Shown here: positions 17,730-27,231 of the stretch, piece after piece
Layout: each line of letters opens with the position of its first letter
Position numbering within the stretch: the first letter of the stretch is position 1
NCBI GenBank assembly: GCA_964648885.1
Contig: CAZYMK010000003.1
Span: 1 to 37,121 of the forward strand
Origin: an uncultured Geobacter sp.
Lineage (GTDB): Bacteria; Desulfobacterota; Desulfuromonadia; Geobacterales; Pseudopelobacteraceae
DNA: 37,121 nt
Reading direction: 5' to 3'
Notes under the pieces: model-generated
The model's input: only the letters and a program-made list of their open reading frames with translations
The model's database searches: none
What the model was told of the DNA's origin: nothing
Translations under genes and position numbers: made by a program

Positions 17730-19365
17730 TCATATCCTGCGCTCGCTCCTGCCGAGACGCTTTTCACTGATCCAGAAACTGACGGTCCTGACCGGCACGG
17801 TGGTGGTGCTGTTTATGACATTGTTTGCCTGGGTTAATATTGACAACCTGCAAAAACTGCTGGTCAACAATACTGTCCGCGATCTGGACAACCTTGCCTC
17901 GACTATTATCAGGATAACCCGTCACCAGATGATGCTGGACAACCGCACGCTGGTCTATCAGATGATCAGTGAAGTGGCTAACCGTCCCGGTATAGAACGA
18001 ATCAGGATGATCAACCGCGAAGGTATCATCGTCCACTCAACAGTAGCCGACGAAGTTGGCCAAACCCTCGACCAAAAAGCGGTTCATTGTGATTTATGCC
18101 ACAAGCAGGATGTCACCCTGTCTCACTTGCCGTTACAGGAACGCAATCGTTTTTTTACCCTTCCAGACGGCAAACAGGTGATGGGGTTTGCAAAATCAGT
18201 CCATAACGAGTCCAGTTGTTCCACCGCTGCCTGCCATGCCCATGCGGGGTCACAAAAAGTTTTAGGAGTGGTGGATATTATTGTCTCACTCGATCTGCTT
18301 AAGGCAGATCTGGCATCCTACCGTAACCGGATTATCCTCCTGACGGTCCTGTTAATCATCCTGCTTGGAGCCTCACTTACCTTCTTCACCCTTCATCTGG
18401 TCAATCGACCGGTCAATGAACTTTTGCGCCATACCGCCCTGCTGGCGCAGGGCAGACTTGACTGCGAGATGATTCCCTCCTCAAACGACGAACTTGGGGA
18501 GCTGATGCGAGCCTTTCAGCTGATGACCAACAATCTGCGTCAGGCTCGCAATGATCTTGAGGAGTGGGGCCGAACCCTCGAAGAAAAAGTAAAAGACCGC
18601 AGTGAACAGCTGCAGCGGATGCAAATGCAGCTGGTACATACCGAGAAACTGGCTTCACTGGGAGAGCTGGTGGCAGGTATTGCCCATGAAATCAACAACC
18701 CCTTGTCCGGTATCCTGATCTTCAGCTCGTTGGCGGCAAAGGATAAACGGCTTGATCCTGCTCTGAAAGGAGACCTTGAAACCATCAGCAGCGAGGCCCA
18801 GCGCTGTGCCGGAATTGTCAAGGGACTGCTTGAATTCGCGCGAGACTATAAGCCCAAAATGACCAGCTGCAACATCAATCAGGTGCTGATTGACTCTTTG
18901 AGACTCGTTGAGTGCCAGACGGTCTTCCAAAACGTCACCATCATGCGCCAACTTGGCAGCGATCTGCCGGAGATCATGGCTGATCAGAATCAGCTCAAGC
19001 AGGTTTTTATCAATATCTTTATCAATGCCGGCCAGGCCATGCAGGATCAGAAGCGTGGAGAACTGCAAATTATCACACGGACTGAAAAAGACCCGCATGA
19101 CGGAATTGTTATTACCATTTCAGACTCAGGCAACGGCGTACCGGAGGAACAGCTGGGTAAGCTGTTTGATCCATTTTTTACCACCAAGGGTACCGGCGGC
19201 ACCGGGCTGGGCCTCTCGGTCTCGTACGGGATCATTCAGGCCCATGGCGGGACCATCAAGGCAGAAAGTGATGTGGGGATGGGGATGAGCTTTATCATTC
19301 GACTGCCACGTCATGCTGAAGGGGTTAGTCCGTCACCGGATTCCGGGCAGACCTTGCTTGTCTGA
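17716..19365 (+). CDS. Membrane sensor histidine kinase with periplasmic c-heme motifs
   Basis: TM, periplasmic domain (CDLCH and CSTAACH), TM, HAMP, HisKA (AHEINNPL), HATPase (DPFFTTK, GTGLGL). Overlaps the regulator gene. Confidence 0.93.
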   Translation: MLSPDHILRSLLPRRFSLIQKLTVLTGTVVVLFMTLFAWVNIDNLQKLLVNNTVRDLDNLASTIIRITRHQMMLDNRTLVYQMISEVANRPGIERIRMINREGIIVHSTVADEVGQTLDQKAVHCDLCHKQDVTLSHLPLQERNRFFTLPDGKQVMGFAKSVHNESSCSTAACHAHAGSQKVLGVVDIIVSLDLLKADLASYRNRIILLTVLLIILLGASLTFFTLHLVNRPVNELLRHTALLAQGRLDCEMIPSSNDELGELMRAFQLMTNNLRQARNDLEEWGRTLEEKVKDRSEQLQRMQMQLVHTEKLASLGELVAGIAHEINNPLSGILIFSSLAAKDKRLDPALKGDLETISSEAQRCAGIVKGLLEFARDYKPKMTSCNINQVLIDSLRLVECQTVFQNVTIMRQLGSDLPEIMADQNQLKQVFINIFINAGQAMQDQKRGELQIITRTEKDPHDGIVITISDSGNGVPEEQLGKLFDPFFTTKGTGGTGLGLSVSYGIIQAHGGTIKAESDVGMGMSFIIRLPRHAEGVSPSPDSGQTLLV

Positions 19366-19406
19366 TCACAACAGCTTCTGCCTGAAACTCGAACGGGAGG
19401 TTACGT

Positions 19407-20360
19407 ATGAGCAAGACGCTGTATACCTACCTATACGGACCAGTCCCCTCCCATCGCCTGGGGCGTTCACTGGGCATTGATCTGGTTCCCTACAAAATCT
19501 GCAGTTATGACTGTATCTATTGCCAATTGGGAAGCACCGGCAACATGACCATTACCCGAAAAGAGTACGCAGACAACTCCCAAATTATGGATGAGCTGCA
19601 GTCCAGACTGGCAAGCGGCCTGCTACCGGATTACATCAGCCTGGCCGGTTCCGGAGAACCAACCTTGCATAGCGGTATCGGTGACCTGATCCGCAGCATT
19701 AAAGAGATTACCGCAGTTCCGGTTGCGGTTTTGACCAACGGCTCCCTGCTCTGGATGCCGGAGGTACAAGAGGCTCTGATGGCCGCTGATCTGGTGCTTC
19801 CTTCGCTGGATGCCGGTGATCCGGCAACCTTCCAACTGGTCAACCGTCCCGACAGCAGCATTGACTTCCACCGGATGGTGCAGGGACTGGCAGACTTCTG
19901 TCATCGCTTTACCGGTGAGGTCTGGCTGGAGGTATTTCTGTTGGCCGGCATCAACGATGACGAACCCTCAGTACAAAGGATTGCTGCTCTGGTTGAGCAG
20001 ATCAAGCCGACACGGGTGCAGTTGAATACCGTTTCCCGACCAACGGCAGAGACTTTTGCCCATGGGGTTGCAGCAATGCAACTCCATCATCTGAGCGGTT
20101 TGTTTAAGGGGAATGTCGAATGCATTAGCGCTATGTCTGCTTCAGTCGAAACCGGTGAAACTTTTGACTTTGCCTGCCAGGATGCGTTGATTGCCTTTGC
20201 CCGGCGCCGCCCTTGTACGGCACAAGATCTGTCCATCGGGCTGAACCTGCACCTGAATGACGTACTTAAGCAGGTACGTATCTTGGCTGACTCCGGCAGA
20301 TTACTGGAACTTTCTAGTCGGCCTGGCTTCTATGCGGCTCCAAAACCGTCCCCACTATGA
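19407..20360 (+). CDS. Radical SAM protein (COG0731/Tyw1-like, function unknown)
   Basis: YGPVPSHRLGRSLGID, CSYDCIYC, GSGEPTL and PSLDAG motifs. Confidence 0.88.
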   Translation: MSKTLYTYLYGPVPSHRLGRSLGIDLVPYKICSYDCIYCQLGSTGNMTITRKEYADNSQIMDELQSRLASGLLPDYISLAGSGEPTLHSGIGDLIRSIKEITAVPVAVLTNGSLLWMPEVQEALMAADLVLPSLDAGDPATFQLVNRPDSSIDFHRMVQGLADFCHRFTGEVWLEVFLLAGINDDEPSVQRIAALVEQIKPTRVQLNTVSRPTAETFAHGVAAMQLHHLSGLFKGNVECISAMSASVETGETFDFACQDALIAFARRRPCTAQDLSIGLNLHLNDVLKQVRILADSGRLLELSSRPGFYAAPKPSPL

Positions 20361-20400
20361 TGACACCCTCCCTGCTACCTGACAGTCAACGGAGTGAGCG

Positions 20401-22737
20401 ATGAAAACTAGTGTTGCACGCTTCAGTCCGCTTAAAATTGCCCTGTTTTACGCTTGTATTGGCGGTCTCTGGTTTCTGTTGAATATCAGTATGCTGGTTG
20501 CCAATGTAGTGCTTGAGCGGGATCTTCTCTATGCCATAGAACTACAGAGCGTACTCCTGATTCTGACAACCTCATGGTTCCTCTACTATCTGATTACGCG
20601 GACCCGCAGTGAAAGCCTGACCGGCAAACTGGAACCACTCAACAGGCTCGTGCGGGCCTTGAAGGCCTATAGCGAATGTCATCAGTCTCTGATCAGGGCT
20701 ACTGATGAAAAACAGCTGATGAACGACATTTGCAGGATCTTTATCGAAGTCGGAGGCTACCGTATGGCCTGGGTGGGCCTGGCGGCTGATGATGAGCAAA
20801 GAACCATAACCCCGGTTGCCGGCTGGGGCGAAAATCGGGAATTTGTAGAAATTTTCAAATCAACCTGCATGAACAGAGACCTGGGCAACGGACCGATCAA
20901 GACAGCCATCAAGATGGGCAAGCCGATGGTTCTGCAGCACCAGCAGAAAGATATTACCTGTGAAGCCTGCAGAATACGCTGCCTGCAGCAGGGCTTCTGC
21001 TCTTCCATCTTTCTGCCGCTCAGCAACCAGTCCCACACCTTCGCCGCCCTTATGATTTACTCGTCGGGCACCAATACCTTTGATGACGAAGAGGTTGCGC
21101 TGCTGACCAACCTTGCCAGCGACCTTTCCTACGGCATAACAGCCCTGCGTGTTGCAGCAGCAAACAAAGAGGCTGAAAGACAGCGCCACCTGCTTGCATC
21201 AGTTATCGCGCAGATGCGTTCCGGTCTCTATCTGCTCGATAACATGGGCACTATCGAATATGTCAATCCGGCAGCCGAAAAAATTTCAGGGTACCGTTCA
21301 GCAGAGCTTGTCGGCAGCTCCATCAGAAGTGATCGGGGAATATGTGTGGCTATTCAGCGACAGCTCACAGCGGCTAGCGATGATCAGTTAGCACAGCATT
21401 TCCAGCACACACGTAGCGATGGGGCTGTTTTTGAGCTTGATCTGACTACCTGGACGGTAACCAACAATGATGGCAAGATACTTAATTATGTCGCCATGAT
21501 TCGTGATATCACCCACGAACAGCAACTGGAAAACCAGTTGCGTCGTGCCCAACGGATGGAGGCGATTGGCATACTCGCCGGCGGCATTGCCCACGATTTC
21601 AACAATGCGCTGGCCTCTATCATTACCTGCACAGAGCTGGCTCTTGATACCCCGGAAGCACAACGCGGCAGCCTGAAGGAATTGCTGGAGGTGGTGCTGC
21701 AATCAGGGCAACGGGGCAAAGAACTGGTCAGGCAAATCCTTACCTTCAGCCGCCAGACAGAACAGGAACGGCAGGAGGTGCAGGTTGACCTGATCGTCAA
21801 GGAATGTCTGAAGATGTTACGCTCAACCCTCACTCCTTCCATCGAGATCCGTCTGCAGATTGAGCAGCAGCCGGGGGTGGTGTTTGCAGACCCGACCCAG
21901 ATTCATCAGGTTATCATGAATCTCTGCACCAACGCCATTCATGCCGTCTGCAGCCAGGGCAACGGTGTACTTGAGCTATTACTGGACACCTGTCATCTGG
22001 ACCAGAAGGCCACAGCCACTTTTGTAAACCTGAAGCCTGGCAGTTATCTGCGTCTCACCGTACGTGACAACGGTCACGGCATGGATGATGCTACCCTGGA
22101 AAAAATCTTTGATCCGTTCTTTTCAACCAAGGTACAAAACGAAGGAACCGGTCTGGGGCTTTCAGTTATCCACGGTATTATTACCAAGCTGGGAGGTGCC
22201 ATCACCGTCGAGAGCAAACCGGGGCAGGGAACATGCTTTGACGTCTATCTCCCCAGTAAAGACGGTGGTCTTCCCAGGCATGATGCGCTTAAACAAAGCG
22301 TGCTGCTGCCCCGGACGAACAAACGGATCCTGCTTGTTGACGATGATGAAAACCTGCTCTTCAGCATAGATCTCCAGCTGCGTCAACTGGGCTACAGTGT
22401 TGTTGCTCAAAGCAAGCCTCGCCAGGCTCTTGAACTCTTTCAGGCCGATCCGGCTGATTTTGATCTGGTCATAACCGACCAGACCATGCCGGGGATGAAC
22501 GGCATTGAGCTGGCCGCTCAACTGGCACAAATCCGTCCCGTCATACCGATTATCCTCTGTACCGGTTATGATCCCACAGCAGGCTATGGCACCGATGCCA
22601 CCGGACAGATCGCTGACTACATCACAGAACTGGCCATAAAACCGCTTGAACGTAACGAACTGGTGGCAGTACTTGCAAAAGTTTTTAAAGACGCAGCTGA
22701 ACCAGGGGAGACTGATGGCAAACATACTTATTATTGA
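20401..22737 (+). CDS. Hybrid histidine kinase (2TM-GAF-PAS-HisKA-HATPase-REC)
   Basis: GGYRMAWVG GAF, YVNPAAE PAS, GIAHDFNN, NLCTNA, GTGLGL, C-terminal VDDD/DQTMP receiver. Confidence 0.93.
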   Translation: MKTSVARFSPLKIALFYACIGGLWFLLNISMLVANVVLERDLLYAIELQSVLLILTTSWFLYYLITRTRSESLTGKLEPLNRLVRALKAYSECHQSLIRATDEKQLMNDICRIFIEVGGYRMAWVGLAADDEQRTITPVAGWGENREFVEIFKSTCMNRDLGNGPIKTAIKMGKPMVLQHQQKDITCEACRIRCLQQGFCSSIFLPLSNQSHTFAALMIYSSGTNTFDDEEVALLTNLASDLSYGITALRVAAANKEAERQRHLLASVIAQMRSGLYLLDNMGTIEYVNPAAEKISGYRSAELVGSSIRSDRGICVAIQRQLTAASDDQLAQHFQHTRSDGAVFELDLTTWTVTNNDGKILNYVAMIRDITHEQQLENQLRRAQRMEAIGILAGGIAHDFNNALASIITCTELALDTPEAQRGSLKELLEVVLQSGQRGKELVRQILTFSRQTEQERQEVQVDLIVKECLKMLRSTLTPSIEIRLQIEQQPGVVFADPTQIHQVIMNLCTNAIHAVCSQGNGVLELLLDTCHLDQKATATFVNLKPGSYLRLTVRDNGHGMDDATLEKIFDPFFSTKVQNEGTGLGLSVIHGIITKLGGAITVESKPGQGTCFDVYLPSKDGGLPRHDALKQSVLLPRTNKRILLVDDDENLLFSIDLQLRQLGYSVVAQSKPRQALELFQADPADFDLVITDQTMPGMNGIELAAQLAQIRPVIPIILCTGYDPTAGYGTDATGQIADYITELAIKPLERNELVAVLAKVFKDAAEPGETDGKHTYY

Positions 22738-24127
22738 TGATGAACCGTTGATGTGCCAGTCATTGTCACTGGTGATACAGCAGAACGGCCACCAGACAAC
22801 CTGTGCTGCCACCCTTGCTGCCGGTCTTGAGAAAAATCGCACCCAATCCTTTGATGTCATTTTCCTGGATGTCAACATGCCTGACGGCAGTGGTCTGGAC
22901 TGTATCCAGCAACTGCTCTGCCATACCACCCCGCCTGAGATCATTATTATCACGGGACTTGGAGACCCTCACGGCGCAGAAACCGCGATAAAATGCGGAG
23001 CCTGGGATTACCTTGAAAAAGGTGCTTCAGTCAAAGAAATCACCTTGTCGCTGTTACGTGCCCTGCAATACCGTGAACAGAAGATGGCCAGTCGCAGTTC
23101 AGCAGCAGGTCTGGACTTCAAACAGGAGGGGATTATCGGCGCCAGCCAAGCCCTGCGCGAGTCTCTGGACATGTTAACCCAGGCTGCTCTCTGCGATGCC
23201 AGCATACTGATCACCGGTGAGACCGGCACCGGCAAAGAACTGTTTGCCAGGGCCGTTCACCTCGTCAGTGAACGCCGGGCAAGGAAATGCATCGTTGTTG
23301 ACTGTGCAGCCATGCCGGACAATCTGATTGAGGGGTTACTGTTCGGTCATGAAAAAGGTGCCTTTACCAGTGCAGATCAGTCCAGGGATGGCCTGATTCT
23401 GCAGGCAGACGGCGGAACGCTGTTTCTTGATGAAGTAGGCGAGATGCCGCTATCACTTCAAAAGGTCTTTTTGCGGGTCTTGCAGGAACGCCGCTTTCGC
23501 CCCATTGGCAGCAGCCGTGAAATTGAAAGTAATTTCAGGTTGGTAGCAGCAACAAATCGTAATCTTCAGCAGATGGTAGAAGAGGGCACCTTTCGTTCGG
23601 ACCTGCTATTCAGGATGAGTACCTTTGTGCTTGAACTACCCGCCCTGCGTGAACGCAGCGAAGACATACCACTCCTGGCTCGCCACCATGCAGACAGGAT
23701 CTGTAGCCAATACCATAGCGCACCCAAAGATTTCTCTCCGGAGTTTGTACAGATGCTTAGCTCATACCGTTGGCCCGGCAACGTGCGTGAACTGGTCAAC
23801 ACCCTGGAACGCACCATTGCTGTGGCTCGCAATGAGTCGGTACTCTTTCCCAAACATCTGCCAATGCAAATCAGGATCGAAGTAACCCGAGATTCCCTTA
23901 AAAAAGACCAGCAGACTGGATCGGATATAACCCTTCCTGTCTTTGAGACATTACCGCACCTTGCAGACTACCGTGATGCTATCTATCTGCAGGCTGAACA
24001 GAAATATCTGTATGATCTGATGCAGGCAGCAGAACACAACATTGCTAAAGCCGTCTCAATATCAGGACTTTCTACTTCACGATTGTATGCACTACTCAAG
24101 AAGCAGGGTATTCCACTCCAGCACTAA
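22715..24127 (+). CDS. sigma54 response regulator, positionally BccR-like
   Basis: REC (IDDE, DVNMP), GETGTGKE, variant GAFTSA loop, FLDEVGE, WPGNVREL. Directly upstream of the cbcBA-like operon. Start moved to MANIL. Confidence 0.9.
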   Translation: MANILIIDDEPLMCQSLSLVIQQNGHQTTCAATLAAGLEKNRTQSFDVIFLDVNMPDGSGLDCIQQLLCHTTPPEIIIITGLGDPHGAETAIKCGAWDYLEKGASVKEITLSLLRALQYREQKMASRSSAAGLDFKQEGIIGASQALRESLDMLTQAALCDASILITGETGTGKELFARAVHLVSERRARKCIVVDCAAMPDNLIEGLLFGHEKGAFTSADQSRDGLILQADGGTLFLDEVGEMPLSLQKVFLRVLQERRFRPIGSSREIESNFRLVAATNRNLQQMVEEGTFRSDLLFRMSTFVLELPALRERSEDIPLLARHHADRICSQYHSAPKDFSPEFVQMLSSYRWPGNVRELVNTLERTIAVARNESVLFPKHLPMQIRIEVTRDSLKKDQQTGSDITLPVFETLPHLADYRDAIYLQAEQKYLYDLMQAAEHNIAKAVSISGLSTSRLYALLKKQGIPLQH

Positions 24128-24380
24128 CAATTCATTCCGTCTGTCCTCACCCTTTCTTCTTGCACAACAAGAAATTTCCTGTCTGGTAAGAATAAGTCTA
24201 GCCCTCGCCATATCGCATAAATCTAACGTATATTTCTAATATAATTGAATAAAATGTAAATAACTCCCTTTTAAGACATCGTGCTGTCTCAAATCAGAAG
24301 ACACGCGCATGACACACCGGAAAGCAAATAACACATCGTTGTTATTAGCTTTATTTTTATTGTCACACATTATCGCCTGG

Positions 24381-24397
24381 TTGGCACTGCAGTTGCT
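24381..24397 (+). promoter_or_regulatory. sigma54 -24/-12 promoter 2
   Basis: TTGGCACTGCAGTTGCT, near-consensus, 50 bp before 24447. Confidence 0.9.
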
Positions 24398-24446
24398 CTA
24401 TGACTACTGTAATTACTTTTTGAAGTACACATGAAAGGAGCAGGTC

Positions 24447-24698
24447 ATGGAAGCGAACAAACTCAAGAGCTCAACAAGAAAAGTTGTCAACATGCTGATG
24501 ATTGTTATGGTCGTAGCCGGGGCAATCGCCTTTACCGTTATGAGTACGACCCATACAGATGGAGAACTGATGTCTCGTCTTTTTTTAATTTTTTTCGGTG
24601 TGATTATTACGGTTCAGATAATCCCCGGATTGATGCTGCTGGGGGTCATGCTGAAAGAAATGTGTGGTCTGGGACGTAAGGCAGAAGTCCGTAAGTAG
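24447..24698 (+). CDS. Small membrane protein, QxxP family copy 1
   Basis: Two hydrophobic segments; FLIFFGVIITVQIIPG; AAGGAG RBS. Confidence 0.8.
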   Translation: MEANKLKSSTRKVVNMLMIVMVVAGAIAFTVMSTTHTDGELMSRLFLIFFGVIITVQIIPGLMLLGVMLKEMCGLGRKAEVRK

Positions 24699-24727
24699 CG
24701 GTTACTTTCTGAACGAGGAAGATCATC

Positions 24728-25141
24728 ATGGAAATTCAAACTATTCTGGTGGCAGACAAAGACACAGCATTTCTCAGGGATATCTCCTGCAGCCTTTCAG
24801 GAGCCGGCTATCAGGTGGAAACAACCTGTTCTACGGTAGATGTCATCAGCAATATCCTGAAGAAAAAAACACCCGTGGTGCTGCTGGGAAGCGATTTTGA
24901 CGACAAGGTAAATCTGGTAGACCTGGTAAGACTCTTAAAAAAATGTAACCAGCACCTGGCCGTCATTCTTGTTTCTGGTAGCGCTTCATTGCCGGTAGTT
25001 CAAAAAATCAGGAAGGAAGGGATTTTTTATTATGCACTGCGGCCTGTAGACTCAGAGGACAGGGATGAGATCAAACAGGCCGCTATCTGCGCCATCAAGG
25101 CGGCAGAACGAGATATGAATGAGTACAACGCAGCACATTAA
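24728..25141 (+). CDS. Stand-alone atypical receiver-domain protein (copy 1)
   Basis: REC pattern ILVAD...GYQV...VVLLG...VILVS...ALRP; Gly at the phospho-Asp position. Confidence 0.82.
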   Translation: MEIQTILVADKDTAFLRDISCSLSGAGYQVETTCSTVDVISNILKKKTPVVLLGSDFDDKVNLVDLVRLLKKCNQHLAVILVSGSASLPVVQKIRKEGIFYYALRPVDSEDRDEIKQAAICAIKAAERDMNEYNAAH

Positions 25142-25182
25142 CCACAACTCACACCCAAAACCGTCTACCAAAGGAGAATCAC

Positions 25183-25419
25183 ATGTTCGCATACAAGAAA
25201 ACTGTCTTGACCCTGGCAGCACTTGCAGTGACGGTAGTCCCAGCAGTAGCAGCATCAGTGGATCACGGTAAGGCATCCAACTTTGTTATCTGGGCTTTTC
25301 TCTCACTCTGCGGACTGATTGTGGTCGCCCAGGTACTGCCATTGATCCGGAAGATGAACGAGGATGTTGCACTGACTGCAGAAAAAGCAAGTTTAAAGAG
25401 GCAGCAAGAATCACACTAA
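25183..25419 (+). CDS. Small membrane protein, QxxP family copy 2
   Basis: Signal-like N-terminus ending AVA; IWAFLSLCGLIVVAQVLP; AAGGAG RBS. Confidence 0.8.
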   Translation: MFAYKKTVLTLAALAVTVVPAVAASVDHGKASNFVIWAFLSLCGLIVVAQVLPLIRKMNEDVALTAEKASLKRQQESH

Positions 25420-25455
25420 CCAGACCCGGATGCTTGACGAAGGAGGGATATTCTG

Positions 25456-26544
25456 ATGAGAAAACAACATCTGCCGATACAGCGAACTGCTGTTCTCGCC
25501 ATTATTATAGCGGCTTGCAGCCTGCTACCCAGTCTTGGTCAGGCTGATCCCGGGTTCAGTTTTGGTGACGGCACAGCGAAGAATCAATCCTGCCTGGCCT
25601 GTCATAAAGATAAAGAACTGGTGGGAGCTGACAACCAGATCAATCCAAAGACCTTTCAGCATACGACCCATGCCCAGATCGGGTGCAAGACCTGCCATAA
25701 TACGGTCTCAGAAAATCATCCCGGTGATGGCAAAGTAGCACGGGCAACCACCTGTTCAGATTGCCATAGCGATATTGCAAGCCAATATTCAATCAGTAAA
25801 CACTCCTTGAGTGTCACAAATTGCAGTGCCTGTCATAACCCCCATAACGTGCACAAGCCTGGTGAAGTCTTTGCGCTTGACCTGAACAAAACCTGCACAA
25901 CATGCCATAATCAAGACAGAATCAGCGCCAGCCACGCCCAGTGGCTGCCACAGACAAAGCTTCACCTTGGCTCCATCAGCTGCACTACCTGCCACACCAA
26001 GTCAGACAGTTTTGTGCTCTCCATCTATATCTCTCGGCGTGATCAGAAAGCCAAAGATCTCGGCACGACCGTTGCCGACTACACATACCTCAAAGAGAAG
26101 GCAGGCTCTGACGACATTACGAAACTGGTAGACAGAAATATGGATAGCTATATCTCCATCGAAGAGCTTAGAAACTTTAACGGTACTGCCGCACACAAGG
26201 ATCTGTTCCTGAAAGCGGTACTAACCCCTGCCACAACAACCCATGCCTTTCAGATATCTGATAAAAGCTGGAACTGCACATCCTGCCATGCAGCAGGCCC
26301 CGATGCAGGACAGATCAGCCGTCTGGTGCTGCCAAAACAGGATGGCACCTTCCAGAAGATAGATATCGAAAAAGGAGCAAGCATCGCCGCATTAAATGTT
26401 ATTCCTGATTTTTACATGATGGGTTCATCCCGTAACAAGCTGTTGAACCTGCTGGGTGGTGCTATCCTGGCAGGAGGCTTGGTCATGCCGGTTGGACATG
26501 GTTTTTTTCGGTTTTTGACACGTAATAACAGAAGAAAGGAGTAG
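25456..26544 (+). CDS. cbcA: Heptaheme cytochrome c with C-terminal membrane anchor, CbcA-like
   Basis: Signal peptide, 7 CxxCH motifs, EF-hand-like DRNMDSYISIEE, C-terminal TM containing a His; precedes a cytochrome b. Symbol assigned from architecture and synteny. Confidence 0.8.
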   Translation: MRKQHLPIQRTAVLAIIIAACSLLPSLGQADPGFSFGDGTAKNQSCLACHKDKELVGADNQINPKTFQHTTHAQIGCKTCHNTVSENHPGDGKVARATTCSDCHSDIASQYSISKHSLSVTNCSACHNPHNVHKPGEVFALDLNKTCTTCHNQDRISASHAQWLPQTKLHLGSISCTTCHTKSDSFVLSIYISRRDQKAKDLGTTVADYTYLKEKAGSDDITKLVDRNMDSYISIEELRNFNGTAAHKDLFLKAVLTPATTTHAFQISDKSWNCTSCHAAGPDAGQISRLVLPKQDGTFQKIDIEKGASIAALNVIPDFYMMGSSRNKLLNLLGGAILAGGLVMPVGHGFFRFLTRNNRRKE

Positions 26545-26549
26545 TTGTT

Positions 26550-27218
26550 ATGAACGCAAAACTGATCTATCTGCAACCGACACCGGTTAGAATATGGCAT
26601 TGGCTGAATGCTTTAGGAATCGTTACGCTGATCATATCAGGTGCACAGATCCGCTTCCCTGAATATGTGACGGTCTGCGGAAGCTATCGAGATGCAATCC
26701 TGCTCCATAATACGGCGGGTATCGTCGTTGCCCTTTCGTTCTCCTTCTGGTTTTTCTATTACAAATGGGTGTCCGGTGCGCTCACCAATATCTATGTTCC
26801 AAAGATGGATGAGCTTTCAAACGGCCTCGTCAAACAGATGGTTTTTTACTTCTACGGTTATTTCAAAGGTGCTGCTGCTCCATTTCACGCAACTCCGGAC
26901 AGCAAGTTCAACCCAATGCAAAAATCAGCTTATCTGGCCATCATGTTTGTAATCGTACCATTTGTCAGCCTGACCGGCATCGCGCTTTTAAATATAGGCC
27001 CGTTACGTCAGCTCTTGTTGATGCTTGGTGGATTGCAGATTCTGGTAACGCTGCACTTTTTGCTGGCCTGCATTCTGGGCGCCTTTCTGATGACCCACGT
27101 CTATCTGGCAACACTTGGTTCAACGCCGCTGGCCTATTTCAAACCAATGTGGACCGGCTGGGAAAAGGTTGAACATCACCACCACACCGTTGACAAGCTC
27201 CAGAGCACCGCAGACTAG
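26550..27218 (+). CDS. cbcB: Di-heme cytochrome b (HydC/FdnI type), CbcB-like
   Basis: RIWHWLNA, LLHN, KFNPMQK, LHF...HVYLAT; four TM helices with His ligands. Confidence 0.85.
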   Translation: MNAKLIYLQPTPVRIWHWLNALGIVTLIISGAQIRFPEYVTVCGSYRDAILLHNTAGIVVALSFSFWFFYYKWVSGALTNIYVPKMDELSNGLVKQMVFYFYGYFKGAAAPFHATPDSKFNPMQKSAYLAIMFVIVPFVSLTGIALLNIGPLRQLLLMLGGLQILVTLHFLLACILGAFLMTHVYLATLGSTPLAYFKPMWTGWEKVEHHHHTVDKLQSTAD

Positions 27219-27231
27219 AGGAGATACGATC

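Noticed and set aside
22162-22953. 263-aa minus-strand ORF
   Set aside because: Antisense to the hybrid kinase and activator.
23330-23380. GAFTSA variant as a sign of a sigma54-independent or dead activator
   Set aside because: The critical F and T are retained, the Walker motifs are intact, and a near-consensus sigma54 promoter follows the gene.
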